From Vulcanimicrobiota bacterium (GTDB lineage Bacteria > Vulcanimicrobiota > Vulcanimicrobiia > Vulcanimicrobiales > Vulcanimicrobiaceae), in contig CAVRWK010000003.1 of NCBI GenBank assembly GCA_963724935.1, forward strand, positions 75,697-139,696: DNA of 64,000 nucleotides, written 5' to 3'. Made by a program: the position numbers and the translations under genes. The number at the start of each line of letters is the position of its first letter. Positions within the stretch are counted from its first letter, which is position 1. Positions 1 to 8,804 of this stretch are shown here, piece by piece. Below the pieces are notes generated by a model. The model made no database searches. It worked only from the letters and a program-made list of their open reading frames with translations, and was not told where the DNA came from.

Positions 1-555
1 CCCCCGAACCCACGCCCTTCAACTCAGCCGCTCTCGTCGCAGGAAATTCGTAAGGAATATCACGATCCCGACCCACGGGTAACGCCGACGCCGACGCCGT
101 CCGTGGAGTTGCCGGTGATCGCCGTCGTCGTTGCGGCGCACCGAAACTACGTTATGCGTTATGCCGGTCAGGAAACCGTCAACGGGCACCTGTGTTACCA
201 CGTGACCTTGCGCGCGGTGCGCGATCCGGGAAAGTATCGCTTGCGCGATCTATGGGTCGATGAAAACGATTACGCGGTTTGGCGCCTGCGCGTCGGCATC
301 AACTTCTTGGATGGACCCGGAACCAAGATCCCCTGGACGGTCAACTTCACCGATATCGACGGCGAGCATTATATCGACCGCGAGATCGCCGGCGCTCCGA
401 TGGCTGTAGCCGGCGAAATCTACACGCAGACGTCGGTGGAATTCGAAAACGTCGGCGCTGCCGGCGACGAAGCGTCGCCGATGCCGCTGCAGTTACCCTT
501 ACGAAATACGCTGGAAGAACCGACCCCCGTGCCGGCGGCTAGCTCGAGCAGGTAA
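1..555 (+). CDS. hypothetical protein, C-terminal part (gene enters from upstream of the window)
   Basis: The frame of ORF 103..555 stays open back to nt 1. Composition is protein-like and not Arg-biased (RLRDLWVDENDYAVWRLRVGINF). No family recognised. The 3' end overlaps the convergent gene by 17 nt. Confidence 0.45.
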   Translation, partial: PPNPRPSTQPLSSQEIRKEYHDPDPRVTPTPTPSVELPVIAVVVAAHRNYVMRYAGQETVNGHLCYHVTLRAVRDPGKYRLRDLWVDENDYAVWRLRVGINFLDGPGTKIPWTVNFTDIDGEHYIDREIAGAPMAVAGEIYTQTSVEFENVGAAGDEASPMPLQLPLRNTLEEPTPVPAASSSR

Positions 556-1387
556 TCTCCCAGGCGTTCAGGTTCAGATGCTTGCGCAACGCCGTTTCCT
601 TGTATGCCGCCTCGGCCGGACACACGTCGTTGATGAACTGCGATTTCGATCCCTTGTATTCGATATCGACGACGAGTGCGTTATCGTCGGTATACGGTGT
701 AAACTGCTGACAGTATTTCTGCTGATAGCACTGCTCTAATACTGCGAAGTCGAAATACGGACGCAGGTCTTTAATCTGGTCGTTATCATTTTTCTGATCG
801 ATCGACATGTTGAGCGAATGCACCTCGGTCGCTAACCACTCGTCGTAGGCTAACTGGTCTTGCGACGTAATCTTGAAGCCGGTTTTATTTTCGTAGCCAT
901 CGATGTTATCCGGGTCAACCGCATCGAAGCCCTTCTGCGCGCACATTTGAAAACGTGCAGTCATGATCGGTTCGAGGATCGAGAGTTGGCGCACGTCAAG
1001 CCAGCGTTCGCCCTTCCAATGGCCGTCGGGATTTCCGAGCACGCTCTTCGGGAACTGTTTGGCATCCGGGCGCCAGTTTTCCCAAGTGCCGGCCGAGATG
1101 TAGCACACCGCGTGCCGGTTGGCCTGATGCAGTTGACTCACCGTGTCTGCCTTAGTATCGAAACCATCGAGATCGTACGTGTCGGCATCCACGCTCAAAT
1201 CGAGCTTTCCATCGTATTGAATCGCGAACGTCGATTGCGCGGCCGGGATCCAAACCGCGGCGTGACGGATCTTCGACGGGCCGGCGCCGTCAGTAAGCGG
1301 TACGTTCGAGGCGGTTTGCCCTCCGGAACAGGCGCTCAGAATGAGCGCCACGAGAGCGAAAATGGACGTGCGAGCCGAACGATGCAT
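539..1387 (-). CDS. GH114-like endo-alpha-1,4-polygalactosaminidase family lipoprotein
   Basis: ORF 539..1810 trimmed to ATG 1387 (in-frame GTG 1390 also possible; AAGGAG at 1404..1399), where a lipoprotein signal starts (MHRSARTSIFALVALILSAC-SGG). The body has GH114-type motifs (AVCYISAGTWENWRPD, WLDVRQ, GFDAVDPDNIDGYEN, SIDQKND). Confidence 0.7.
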   Translation of the reverse strand: MHRSARTSIFALVALILSACSGGQTASNVPLTDGAGPSKIRHAAVWIPAAQSTFAIQYDGKLDLSVDADTYDLDGFDTKADTVSQLHQANRHAVCYISAGTWENWRPDAKQFPKSVLGNPDGHWKGERWLDVRQLSILEPIMTARFQMCAQKGFDAVDPDNIDGYENKTGFKITSQDQLAYDEWLATEVHSLNMSIDQKNDNDQIKDLRPYFDFAVLEQCYQQKYCQQFTPYTDDNALVVDIEYKGSKSQFINDVCPAEAAYKETALRKHLNLNAWEITCSS

Positions 1388-1391
1388 CACG

Positions 1392-2126
1392 ATGAAGTCT
1401 CCTTTCCAACTGCGTTCGACGCTGCTTCTTCTTCTCGTGCCGCTCGCAGCCGGTTGCTCCAACCTCGCCCCATACGTAACGACCGTCGGCTTGCTCAACC
1501 CAGGCGCCACGATGTCCATCCGCTCTGCCGGCGGTACGATCAGCGCGTTCGCCCCCGCCGCAGGGGAACCGCGGGACCGATTTACCATCAGCGCGACGGG
1601 AGAGAAAGGCAAGAACCAGCCTGCGCCGCCGAAGCTCCGAGCCGGACGCGACGGCCTGACGGTCGGCGTGTCGCAGCCGGTCGGATCCTTGTTGGTGCGC
1701 GTTCCCGACGGCGTGGCGCTCGATATCGACTCGAAGAACGGCGACGTGCACGTTACCAATATCACCGGCAGCGTTCGCGTGCGCGCCGACAAGGGCGACG
1801 TGCAAATCATGGTGCGCTCGTACGCGCAAGCGTCGGTCGGCGATGGAAATCTTTCATCGACGATGGGCTCGATCGATTGGCCGGGAACGTTGCACTACGC
1901 GATCGGTCATGGCGACGCCGAAGTATGGGTGAACGAAAACGCCAAGTTCCACGTGCGCCTGCATACGGACAACGGCATGCTGTTTACCGACTTCGATCTT
2001 CGCGGTACGTCGCAAGGGCGTTCGGAAACGATCGATGGAGACGTGAACGGCGGCGGCACGCGTTCGATCGATATCGAAACGCAAGCCGGTGCGATCCGTT
2101 TGCTGAAGTTACACCCTCAGGCATAG
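1392..2126 (+). CDS. DUF4097-like (putative adhesin / beta-helix) lipoprotein
   Basis: ORF 1341..2126 trimmed to ATG 1392, giving signal peptide plus lipobox MKSPFQLRSTLLLLLVPLAAG-C. Repeated short strands (NGDVHVTNITGSVRVRADKGDVQI, GHGDAEVWV) resemble DUF4097 proteins. Confidence 0.6.
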   Translation: MKSPFQLRSTLLLLLVPLAAGCSNLAPYVTTVGLLNPGATMSIRSAGGTISAFAPAAGEPRDRFTISATGEKGKNQPAPPKLRAGRDGLTVGVSQPVGSLLVRVPDGVALDIDSKNGDVHVTNITGSVRVRADKGDVQIMVRSYAQASVGDGNLSSTMGSIDWPGTLHYAIGHGDAEVWVNENAKFHVRLHTDNGMLFTDFDLRGTSQGRSETIDGDVNGGGTRSIDIETQAGAIRLLKLHPQA

Positions 2127-2134
2127 ACCGTCGA

Positions 2135-3647
2135 TTGCCGTCCATCTCGCGCACGCTCGCTCTCCTACTTGCCACCTTGGCGCTCGCGTTGCCGGGGAGG
2201 ACGCCGGCCTCTCAGGTTGCGCCCGCAGCGACGACGGTCTCAGCAGCTGATTTGCAGACCGACGTCGCGGTCTTGCGCGACGCCTTGGAGACGCTGCACC
2301 CCGGACTACTCCGCTATAACGACACCAAACAGATCGACGCAGACTTCACAGACTTACGCGCAACGCTTAACCACTCGCAATCGTTGGAATCTGCCTATCT
2401 TGCATTTTCTGAAATTCGAGGCCAAGCTGCGATGCGGGCATTGTTACGCCAATTTTTTCAATCAAGATCCGTCGGTTGTTGCCGAGCTCTTTCGAGGCCA
2501 AAATCGCGTGCCGTTCTTCTTCGAGTGGATCGACGGCGAGATGGTGGTGACCCGCGACTTTACACCATCACACATTCTGCCGCGCGGCACGCGCGTGGTC
2601 GAGATTAACGGCACGTCATCGAGGCGGATCCTGGAAACGCTGATGACCGTCGCGCGAGGCGACGGCTCCAATGATGCCAAACGGGTTGCCCTCTTGGGCG
2701 TGCGCGGCGCCGAGACGTACGAAACGTTCGATATATTCTTTCCGATGTTCTTTCACCAGAAATCGCCGCAGTTGCAGTTGTCGGCGATCGACCCCAAAGG
2801 GCGCGCAATCGCGGCGACCGTGCGCGCGCTGACCTATCAACAGCGCCTTTCTGCTGTTCCGGTTACCGAAACCGGATCTGGCTCGTCCTTTGAATGGCGT
2901 TACCTTAGCAACGGCGCGGCGTACTTGTACATGCCGGACTGGGCACTGTTCAACAGCACGTGGGACTGGAAAACGTGGCTGGCCGCGCACCTCGATGAAC
3001 TAGCGGTGAAGAAGCCGCCGGCGTTCGTCATCGACGTGCGTGGAAACGAGGGCGGTCTCGACGAGATCGGAGACACGATTTTGCAGCGGTTAGTCCCGGC
3101 GAACCTCGGCCTATCGCCGTTAAAACAGCTCGTGCGATATCGCTCGGTACCGGAGCGGCTGTTACCGTATTTACGAACGTGGGATCCGTCGTTCAAGAAT
3201 TGGGGATCGAGCGCGGTCGCACTGGAGAGCCCGTGGCCTACCGCCCCTCACGTGCCATTTTTTGCGCTGGAGCGAGGCGGGGACGACGCTGGGATGGTTG
3301 CCGCAAGCGGAAAACACTACCCTGGCCCCGTCTTTGTCTTGGTCGATGCGAGCGACAGCTCGGCGACCTTCAACTTCGCGCAGGTCGCGCAGCAAGCCGG
3401 ATTAGCCAAACTCGCGGGGCAACCGACGGGCGGAAACCGGCAAGGCATCGACGGCGGCGCGTTTTTCTTCCTGCATTTACCAAAGTCGAAGATTGAGATC
3501 GACATTCCGTTGATCGGCACGTTCCCGGCGGCACCGCAACCCGATGCCGGCCTGCAACCCGATATCGACGTTCCGGTAACGGCTGGGGATATCGCCACGG
3601 GACGCGACGCGGTGCTCGACGCAGTCAACGCCCGCATAGGTCGATAG
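2135..3647 (+). pseudogene. S41-family peptidase interrupted by one frameshift
   Basis: The N-terminus with signal peptide (TTG 2135: MPSISRTLALLLATLALALPGRTPASQ...LRDALETLHPGLLRYN...ESAYLAF) lies in the frame of ORF 860..2608. The remainder (KFEAKLRCGHCYANFFNQ, VIDVRGNEGG, VLVDASDSSATFNFAQ) is ORF 2169..3647. The frames join at the T-run/A-run at 2405-2414. Confidence 0.7.
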
Positions 3648-4580
3648 CTAAGAACGTGCTCGCGAAAGAACCGCTTCGCGCGCTTTGATCAAGCGCACGA
3701 TCGTCTCGTTCACCGGCGTGGGCGTGTTGCTGCGGCGCCCGTACGCGACGACCGCTCCGTTGATGTGATCGATCTCGCTCGGATGCCCCGATTCCAAATC
3801 GAACGCCATCGAACTCTTGGCGTCGGCGCCCAACGCGATCACTTCTTTTACGTAGTCCCAAGCATTCGAGAACGGCAGTCCGATCTTATTTGCGGCGGCG
3901 ACGGCAGCAGCTTCGGTCGCTAACGCGTGCGCTATCTGGGCGGCATTTTGGTCGCGCGGTATGGCTCCGGATTCGCAATCGAGCAACGCCGATAACGCGT
4001 TGATCGCAGAGTTTGCGACCAGCTTGCCCCACAGATGCGGGCGAATGTCGTAGACGACCGACGCTTGCAATCCGCTGTTCGTCAGCAAGTCGGCCACCGA
4101 ACGAAGCGTCGCTTGCGACGTCGCATTCGACCCTAAAATCGAGTTGCCGCCGTGCGACGCGTGTACGCGTCCGGGCGCGATCGTTAACGAAGATTCAGTA
4201 GTGATCCCGAGGATTACGGGTACGGATCCGCCGAGCGCGGTTTTGATCGCGGTTTCGTTGCCAATGCCGTTTTGCAGCGATACGATCGGCGACGCCGGGT
4301 CGAGTTCGCCGGCAAACGGGCGCAACGCGCGCAACGTATCGACGGCTTTAACGAATAAGAATAATACGCTCGAACCGAACAGCTCGCGCGCCTCGGCCGC
4401 CACCGCCACCGTCCTTGGCAGTTGGTCGTCGATCTGTAAACCGTCGCGCTCGATCGCCCGGCTGACCGCCGCACTTTGATCGAGCATCGTGACGTCGCAC
4501 GAAGCGGCCAAGTGATAGCCGAACAGGGTGCCCATCGCGCCCGCGCCGATGATTCCGACTCGAGGACGGACGCGATCCAT
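3648..4580 (-). CDS. panE: 2-dehydropantoate 2-reductase (ketopantoate reductase)
   Basis: 310-aa ORF with an N-terminal Rossmann motif (VGIIGAGAMGTLFG) and ApbA/PanE C-terminal motifs (LWGKLVANSAINALSAL, SSMAFDLESGHPSEIDHINGAVV). Confidence 0.8.
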   Translation of the reverse strand: MDRVRPRVGIIGAGAMGTLFGYHLAASCDVTMLDQSAAVSRAIERDGLQIDDQLPRTVAVAAEARELFGSSVLFLFVKAVDTLRALRPFAGELDPASPIVSLQNGIGNETAIKTALGGSVPVILGITTESSLTIAPGRVHASHGGNSILGSNATSQATLRSVADLLTNSGLQASVVYDIRPHLWGKLVANSAINALSALLDCESGAIPRDQNAAQIAHALATEAAAVAAANKIGLPFSNAWDYVKEVIALGADAKSSMAFDLESGHPSEIDHINGAVVAYGRRSNTPTPVNETIVRLIKAREAVLSRARS

Positions 4581-4583
4581 TGG

Positions 4584-6176
4584 CTAGAACGTGTATTGAA
4601 AGCCGGCCGTATTGCGCCGGCTAGCGTGCGTCATATCGCGTTGGCCGAAGAACAGTTCGCCATTCTTCAGTACGTGTATGTTGCCGTAGAGATCGATCAT
4701 CGGGTACGTAAGATCGTACACGCGTGTTTCCAGACCAAAGCCCTTGATCACGTTGGCGCGGCCCATCACCCCGATTTGCGAATACAGCACGCCGCCGCCG
4801 AAGGTGAAATTCGAACTGTTGCCCTTGAGTAGCACCGCGTTCCACGTCGTGTTGTTGCCGATCGAGTTTGCGCCGACCATCAAACTGGTCGAGGCGTGCG
4901 GCAAGATGATCGCATTGATGTCGCCGAGCGGTCCCTGGCTCTTGGTCATCACGGGATTCAAACCGGGGTTCTGCTGCACCGACAGCCCGCTCAAGCGCAG
5001 CTGGAGTGCGATCAGGCTGTGCGATAACGTGGAAAGCTGATTGGCGATTTTGGCGTGCGCGGCCGACGTCGGCGCCGGGGCAGGTGCCACACCGCCCGGC
5101 GTTACCGGATAGGGCGACGCTCCCGGAACGGTCGGCGGATACGGCGTAGCGTTGGGGTCAACGCCCGGAACGCTGCTCTGGCCGCCCAGCTCGCCCAGCA
5201 AAGAGTTGGCTCGCTGCATCGTCGCGTCGAGATTCGCGACCGTATCGCGTAACTGCGCCTGCGTCTTCGGATCGCCGGTGACGTTGTGTAAATCCTTGGT
5301 AAGCGCTGCCAGGTTGGCCGTCGTGGTGGCAATGTTTTGCGTGGTCGCCAACACGTTGGCCTTAAGCTGCGGATCCGTCGCCATACCCTCGAGCGCCGTC
5401 ATCGACTTGTTGAGCGACAACGACGTCGTGTTCAACTGATCGAGCAGCGCAGAGACCTTGGTCGAATCGGTCGTCGCGGCGCCGTTGAGCGTTTGCGTGA
5501 GTTGCGCCACGTTATTACTCGCGGCGCTCAGCCCGGTCTCCAAACTCGCACTCAACGCGAGCAGCCGTTGGGATAGCACTTGCATCGACGACTTGGTCGA
5601 AACCGCCAACTCATTGGCGCTGTCGATCGTCAACTGCAGCGAGCTCAGCAGCTTGGGCGTGCGCGCTTGCAGCTCCGACATCAGCTGGTCGAACTTCTTC
5701 ACTTCGCCTTGGCCCGCATCGAGCAGGTCGGCGACGGTGGCGCTATTGGTGCCTTGCGGCTGTAGTGCAACGGGAAGTACGCTCCGTTCGAGCGTGGCGA
5801 AGGGCGGGCGTAAACCGACCGGCGGCACGATCAAGACGTTGGGCGAACCCGTCAACGGCGCTTGGATCAGAAAGCGCGATGATTGCGGGATGTCAACGTC
5901 GTGGCTGATTGACAGAATCACGTCTACGGTATTGTCGTCCAGGAGCTTGATGTCGTCAACCGACCCGATCTCGACGCCGCTAAAATAGACCAGCGAGCCA
6001 CGCGTCACGCCGGCAGCCGAGCGGAAATGCACGCCCATTTGATAGCCGGTGCTGCGCGTTCCGAAATCGGTGATGACGTAAAACACGCCGAACAAAAAGA
6101 GGAGGGCGACGAGCGTAAACGCGCCTACCTGCGCCTGCCTGGTCATAGCTTTTGCGTATTTGCCCTCCGCTTCCAA
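4584..6176 (-). CDS. mlaD: long MCE/MlaD-family protein with helical stalk, Pro-rich linker and beta-rich C-terminal domain
   Basis: 530-aa ORF directly after mlaE-mlaF. It has an N-terminal TM helix (VGAFTLVALLFLFGVFYVI) and an MCE domain (GVTRGSLVYFSGVEIGSVDDIKLLDDNTVDVILSI). About 250 aa of L/A/T/Q-rich helical-looking sequence follows, then a PYPPTVPGASPYPVTPGGVAPAPAP linker and a ~130-aa tail ending ...NTAGFQYTF. Confidence 0.8.
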   Translation of the reverse strand: MEAEGKYAKAMTRQAQVGAFTLVALLFLFGVFYVITDFGTRSTGYQMGVHFRSAAGVTRGSLVYFSGVEIGSVDDIKLLDDNTVDVILSISHDVDIPQSSRFLIQAPLTGSPNVLIVPPVGLRPPFATLERSVLPVALQPQGTNSATVADLLDAGQGEVKKFDQLMSELQARTPKLLSSLQLTIDSANELAVSTKSSMQVLSQRLLALSASLETGLSAASNNVAQLTQTLNGAATTDSTKVSALLDQLNTTSLSLNKSMTALEGMATDPQLKANVLATTQNIATTTANLAALTKDLHNVTGDPKTQAQLRDTVANLDATMQRANSLLGELGGQSSVPGVDPNATPYPPTVPGASPYPVTPGGVAPAPAPTSAAHAKIANQLSTLSHSLIALQLRLSGLSVQQNPGLNPVMTKSQGPLGDINAIILPHASTSLMVGANSIGNNTTWNAVLLKGNSSNFTFGGGVLYSQIGVMGRANVIKGFGLETRVYDLTYPMIDLYGNIHVLKNGELFFGQRDMTHASRRNTAGFQYTF

Positions 6177-6197
6177 GTGCCTCGTTGCATAGCCCGG

Positions 6198-6977
6198 CTA
6201 GATGGGGATCGGCCCCACCTGCGAGCCCGTAATAAACTGTTGTACGATAGGATTCATCGAGTTCTTGATACCCTCGACGGTGTCGCAGGCGATCACGGCG
6301 CCTTCGAACAGCATCGCCACGTAATCGGCCATGGCGTAGATCGAATCCATGTCGTGCGAGATGACGACCGCCGTCCCGTTCAGCTTGCCGCGTAACTTCT
6401 TGATGGTATTCGTAATGAGACCGGTGACAACCGGGTCCAAGCCGGTCGTCGGCTCGTCGTATAGCACCAGATCCGGCGTGGTAACGATGGCGCGCGCGAA
6501 CCCCGCGCGCTTGAGCATGCCGCCCGAAAGCTCGCTCGGCAGGTTGTCGAAGGTGTGCTCCAACCCGACGCTGTCGAGCGAATCCATGACGGTCTGCCGG
6601 ATCTGGGCATCGTTCATGCCCCCTCGCTCCTGGAGCGGTAGGGCAACGTTTTCGCCGACCGTCAAACTGTCCAACAGCGCCGCGAACTGAAAAGCCAGGC
6701 TGATCTTCCGCCGCGCCGGAATGAGTTGCTCCTCGGTCATGTGGCAGATGTCTTTTCCGCGCAGGTACACGTGCCCGGAGTTCGGACGAATCAGCCCGTC
6801 CAGAAGGCGCAAGATCGTCGACTTGCCGGCGCCGGATAAACCGACGATGCACGTAATCGCACCTTCGACGATGTCGAGATTGCAGTTCTTGAGCACGATG
6901 CGATCGCCGAACGAGAGCGACACGTCGTCGAGGCGGGCTATAACGTTCGATCCGGGCTCCGGCATGCCGTTCGTCAC
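6198..6977 (-). CDS. mlaF: ABC transporter ATP-binding protein, MlaF-like
   Basis: Walker A GLSGAGKST, ABC signature LSGGMLKRAGFARA, Walker B LVLYDEPTTGLD. 4-nt overlap with mlaE. Confidence 0.85.
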   Translation of the reverse strand: MTNGMPEPGSNVIARLDDVSLSFGDRIVLKNCNLDIVEGAITCIVGLSGAGKSTILRLLDGLIRPNSGHVYLRGKDICHMTEEQLIPARRKISLAFQFAALLDSLTVGENVALPLQERGGMNDAQIRQTVMDSLDSVGLEHTFDNLPSELSGGMLKRAGFARAIVTTPDLVLYDEPTTGLDPVVTGLITNTIKKLRGKLNGTAVVISHDMDSIYAMADYVAMLFEGAVIACDTVEGIKNSMNPIVQQFITGSQVGPIPI

Positions 6978-7750
6978 CCTCCGAACAGCAAGAACGAGAG
7001 CGTGAAGTTCGAGATAAAGATCATGATGATCGCCAGCACTACGGCACCGGTCGTCGAAACGCCGACGCCCGCGGCGCCGCCCTTGGTCGTCAATCCTTGA
7101 TAGGCACCGATCATCGCAATGATGATTGCGAAGACGAATGTTTTGACCAGGCCCTTGAGCACGTCGCTGATTCCGATCGTCTGACGAACCGAAGCGATGA
7201 ACGTGTCAACCGAGATATGCGCGTAGGTTTGCGCGATCCAGCCACCGCCGACGATCGAAATCACGTCGGCGAAAATTGTTAATAACGGCAGCATCAACAG
7301 CAACGCGAGGAGCCGCGGCACGACCAAATAACGCGCCGGCTCGATACCCATCGAGCGCAGGGCCTCGATCTGTTCGGTCACGACCATCGAACCGATCTCG
7401 GCGGCAATCGCCGCACCGACCCGTCCGGCGACGACCACCGCCGTCAGCATCGGTCCCAGTTCTCGTACCGACCCGTACGCGACCGCGCCGCCGACCAAAT
7501 TGCCGACGCCGTACTGCACGGCCTGCTGGGCCGATTCGAGCGAAATCACCATGCCGGTGAAGAGCGACGTTAACAATACGATGATCGTCGATTGAACGCC
7601 CAACAGATATGCCTGTGCGATCGTTTCATTGAAGCGCACGCGCAGCCGCACGATAAATCCGGCCGACTCGAATGACAGCAACGTCAACCCGCCGGCGTAC
7701 TCGAAGAAGTTGATGGTGGCTCGACCCACGCGGTCGAGCATGCGCATCAT
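6974..7750 (-). CDS. mlaE: ABC transporter permease, MlaE-like
   Basis: 258-aa polytopic ORF with the MlaE-type core RELGPMLTAVVVAGRVGAAIAAEIGSMVVTEQIEALRSMG. It precedes mlaF and mlaD. Confidence 0.85.
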   Translation of the reverse strand: MMRMLDRVGRATINFFEYAGGLTLLSFESAGFIVRLRVRFNETIAQAYLLGVQSTIIVLLTSLFTGMVISLESAQQAVQYGVGNLVGGAVAYGSVRELGPMLTAVVVAGRVGAAIAAEIGSMVVTEQIEALRSMGIEPARYLVVPRLLALLLMLPLLTIFADVISIVGGGWIAQTYAHISVDTFIASVRQTIGISDVLKGLVKTFVFAIIIAMIGAYQGLTTKGGAAGVGVSTTGAVVLAIIMIFISNFTLSFLLFGG

Positions 7751-8088
7751 GCCCGCTGCTCCAGCAGCTGCACGGCCTGCCCGAGCACGCCTTCGGCTCC
7801 CTCGATGCGCTTGACCGCGACGGCGCGTTCGGCCGTTAGATTGAACTGCACTTGATTGAGATCGACCAGCCGGCGATCGACATCGCGCAGATGCCCGCGT
7901 GCCTCGCGTGCGAAGCCGTCAAAATACTGCCGTACCGCTTGCAGGTAGCGTGACGCGGCGTCGGCGCTCGCATCGCCGCTCGCGAGCATGCGCTCGAAAT
8001 CGTCCTGGGCGCGCCGCATAGCACGATCGGTGATATGAAACTCGCCGACCCTCGCAGCCAACGCCGTGATGCGTTCGTCAGCCGCCAT
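7747..8088 (-). CDS. hypothetical small helical protein upstream of mlaE
   Basis: ORF 7747..8115 trimmed to ATG 8088 (MAADERITALAARV...), 7 nt after the rph stop. ATGA overlap with mlaE. Coiled-coil-like composition; no family recognised. Confidence 0.45.
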   Translation of the reverse strand: MAADERITALAARVGEFHITDRAMRRAQDDFERMLASGDASADAASRYLQAVRQYFDGFAREARGHLRDVDRRLVDLNQVQFNLTAERAVAVKRIEGAEGVLGQAVQLLEQRA

Positions 8089-8803
8089 CGCCGACCGCTT
8101 GCGATTGCAGTGCAAACAGCTGGCGTATGCCGCCTTCGGCCAAATCCAACATTCCGTCGAACTGTCGGCGGTCGAACGGTTCGGCCTCCGCCGTACCCTG
8201 AATCTCCACGAAGCGGCCGGCTTGCGTCATGAACACGTTCATGTCAACTTCGGCCCGGCTGTCCTCCTCGTAGGCCAGATCCAAGAGCGTACGCCCACCG
8301 ACCATGCCGACGCTGACCGCAGCCACGGCACTCGATAGCGGCCAACGCACGCGATCCGTGCGGTCGAACATCGTTTGCAAGGCGAGATGGAGAGCCACGT
8401 AGGCTCCGGTAACGGCCGCGGTGCGCGTACCGCCGTCGGCCTGAATCACGTCGCAGTCGATCCACAACGTGCGCTCGCCCAGCTTACTCATATCGGTGAT
8501 GGCGCGCAGCGCGCGACCGATGATGCGTTGGATCTCGTGGGTGCGTCCGCCGATGCGCCCCTTCGAGGATTCGCGCTGCGTGCGATCTTGCGTGGCACGC
8601 GGCAACATCGCGTATTCGGCGGTCACCCACCCGGTGCCGCGGCCCTTCATCCAAGGCGGTACGCGATCTTCCAGCGTTGCGGCGCACAGTACGCGGGTGT
8701 TACCGAAGCTCACCAACGCGCTGCCTTCGGCATACTTCAGGAAGCCGGGCACGATGTCAACCGGCCGGAGTTCGTCGGACTTCCGCCCGTCGGCGCGCTG
8801 CAC
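8078..8803 (-). CDS. rph: ribonuclease PH
   Basis: ORF 8078..8974 trimmed to GTG 8803, one nt after the glmS stop. Classic RNase PH sequence (RADGRKSDELRPV, GSALVSFGNTRVLC, GWVTAEYAMLPRAT, IGGRTHEIQRIIGRALR, DCDVIQADGGTRTA). Confidence 0.9.
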   Translation of the reverse strand: MQRADGRKSDELRPVDIVPGFLKYAEGSALVSFGNTRVLCAATLEDRVPPWMKGRGTGWVTAEYAMLPRATQDRTQRESSKGRIGGRTHEIQRIIGRALRAITDMSKLGERTLWIDCDVIQADGGTRTAAVTGAYVALHLALQTMFDRTDRVRWPLSSAVAAVSVGMVGGRTLLDLAYEEDSRAEVDMNVFMTQAGRFVEIQGTAEAEPFDRRQFDGMLDLAEGGIRQLFALQSQAVGDGG

Positions 8804-8804
8804 G

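Noticed and set aside
860-2608. 582-aa plus-strand ORF spanning the GH114, DUF4097 and S41 loci
   Set aside because: It is extremely Arg/Ala-rich and mostly antisense or out of frame relative to genes with clear signal peptides and family motifs, a typical high-GC shadow ORF. Only its last ~90 codons (from TTG 2135) are real, as the S41 peptidase N-terminus.
3645-3650. Convergent stop codons with 0-5 nt spacing (S41/panE TAGCTA at 3645-3650; lipoprotein/clpX at 53720-53730) as special terminator structures
   Set aside because: This is simply very tight packing. There is no hairpin or T-run in or around these junctions, so nothing can be supported beyond the observation itself.
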